Source: Octopus sinensis (Eukaryota). Taken from it: DNA of 36,434 nt. How positions within the stretch are numbered: position 1 is the first letter of the stretch; each line of letters begins with the position of its first letter. The stretch spans positions 1 to 36,434 of the forward strand of contig NW_021824653.1 in assembly GCF_006345805.1 (NCBI RefSeq), in the 5' to 3' direction. The notes below the pieces were generated by a model. That model did no database searches. It saw nothing but the letters and a program-made list of their open reading frames with translations, and was not told where the DNA came from. Both the position numbers and the translations under genes were made by a program. Shown here one piece after another: positions 35,063-36,434 of this stretch.

Positions 35063-35084
35063 TATATATATATATATATGTTTG

Positions 35085-35270
35085 TCACTCCACCATTACT
35101 TGACAATCGATGTTAGTGTGCTTATGTCCCCGTAACTTAGTGTTTCGGAAAAACCTGACCGATAGAATAAGTAGTAGTCTTACAAAGAATAAGTCCTGGG
35201 GTCGATTTGTTCGACTAAAACCCCTTTAGGTGTTGCTCCAACATGGCCGCACTCAAATGACTGAAAAGAA
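35085..35270 (+). mobile_element. SINE family A 3' half, diverged
   Basis: GATAGAATAAGTA...GGGGTCGATTTGTTCGACT...CATGGCCGCACTCAAATGACTGAAA. Confidence 0.75.
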
Positions 35271-35272
35271 TA

Positions 35273-35491
<219 letters not shown>

Positions 35492-35568
35492 GTTATGTTG
35501 ATGCAGAAAGGAAAAATGGAACTCAAAATATGTGTATACGTGCTTTTTATTATTTTTAACAGAAGTAT

Positions 35569-35619
35569 TAGAGTGACTCAAGATCGAGCGTTTCGTGCGT
35601 TGGTACTTATCAAACTACA
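35569..35619 (-). ncRNA. Hammerhead-like motif with compensatory U3-A8 core
   Basis: Minus strand: AGT-TTGATAA-GTAC-CAAC-GCAC-GAAAC-GC-TCGA-TC-TTGA-GTC|ACT. C3-G8 is replaced by U3-A8; one A-C mismatch in stem II and a 2-nt bulge in stem III. Confidence 0.55.
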
Positions 35620-35909
35620 GGATGATTCAAAAGTCACAATACAGAGGTAAAAATTATTTTTTTCTTTTTGTAAGAAACAGTTTTATATTTAACTGTTTCT
35701 TATAAGAAAAATAAATTTTTACCTAGGTATGGTGACTTTTGAATCACCTTGTATTTATACATATACATATTATTAACAGCAAATAAATTGGTATGTCACA
35801 TGAATAAATTTCCTTATAATTTCCCTATTAGGCGTTTTATTAATTACTATATTAGCCCCAAATGTTTAACTTTACTTTGCTATCTAATTCAACTTCCTGA
35901 GACGAATGT

Positions 35910-36326
35910 CAAGGGTGGCTGTGTGGTAAGAAGTTTACTTCCCAACCAGGTGTTTCCGGGTCCATTCCCACTGCGTGGCACCTTGGGCAAGTGTCTTCTA
36001 CTATAGCCTCGGGCCGACCAAAGCCTTGTGAGCGGATTTGGTAGACAGAAACTGAAAGAAGCCCGCCGTATATATATGTATACATATATATGTATGTGTG
36101 TGTCTTTTGTCTGTGTTTGTCCCTCCCCAACATCACCACTTGACTATCGGTGTTGGTGTGTTTACGTCCCCGTAACCTAGTGATTCTGCAAAAGAGACCC
36201 GATAGAATAAGTATCAGGCTTAAAGTTTATGCAGTAGCGTCGATTTCTTCAACTAAAAACCATTTAAGGCGGTGCCCCAGCATGGCCACAGTCAAATGAC
36301 TGCAACAATTAAAAGATAAAAGATAA
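35910..36326 (+). mobile_element. SINE family A, diverged
   Basis: GTGGCTGTGTGGTAAG head through CATGGCCACAGTCAAATGACTG and a TAAAAGA tail. Confidence 0.85.
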
Positions 36327-36434
36327 ATATTCTAGGTTGTTTTCATATCATAATCATACATATGATTTTCGCCTAAGCCGATTCACCTACATCTCAAATA
36401 TTATCCTCAATGGAATATTAAAAAAAAAAATAAC

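Overview
Repeat-dense, AT-rich animal non-coding DNA. It is most consistent with an octopus/coleoid cephalopod genome, inferred from the tRNA-derived SINE families and extreme microsatellite load and not verified by search. There is no intact protein-coding gene; almost all ORFs in the supplied track are microsatellite or SINE artefacts. The window holds about 25 SINE copies from at least 4 families, a non-autonomous Helitron, a TA-flanked MITE, decayed Gypsy, Penelope-like (GIY-YIG), R4/Dong-like, Tc1/mariner and hAT fragments, and an intronless, 3'-truncated FKBP15 retrocopy inside a (TAG)n tract. The main unexplained signal is 9 type I hammerhead-ribozyme (HHR) motifs, read by eye, in 7 sequence-unrelated contexts. 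One has a fully canonical core (870-921). Three are identical in design and sit in a 487-bp tandem array with a long G-U-rich stem II. Several others are core variants (U4C, U3-A8, A6U). In five independent contexts the HHR is on the minus strand, 85-200 nt upstream of a (TA)n tract. This points to a diverse group of microsatellite-targeted, self-cleaving retroelements (Penelope-like/retrozyme type). All structures were paired by hand; no folding software, database search or activity data were used.
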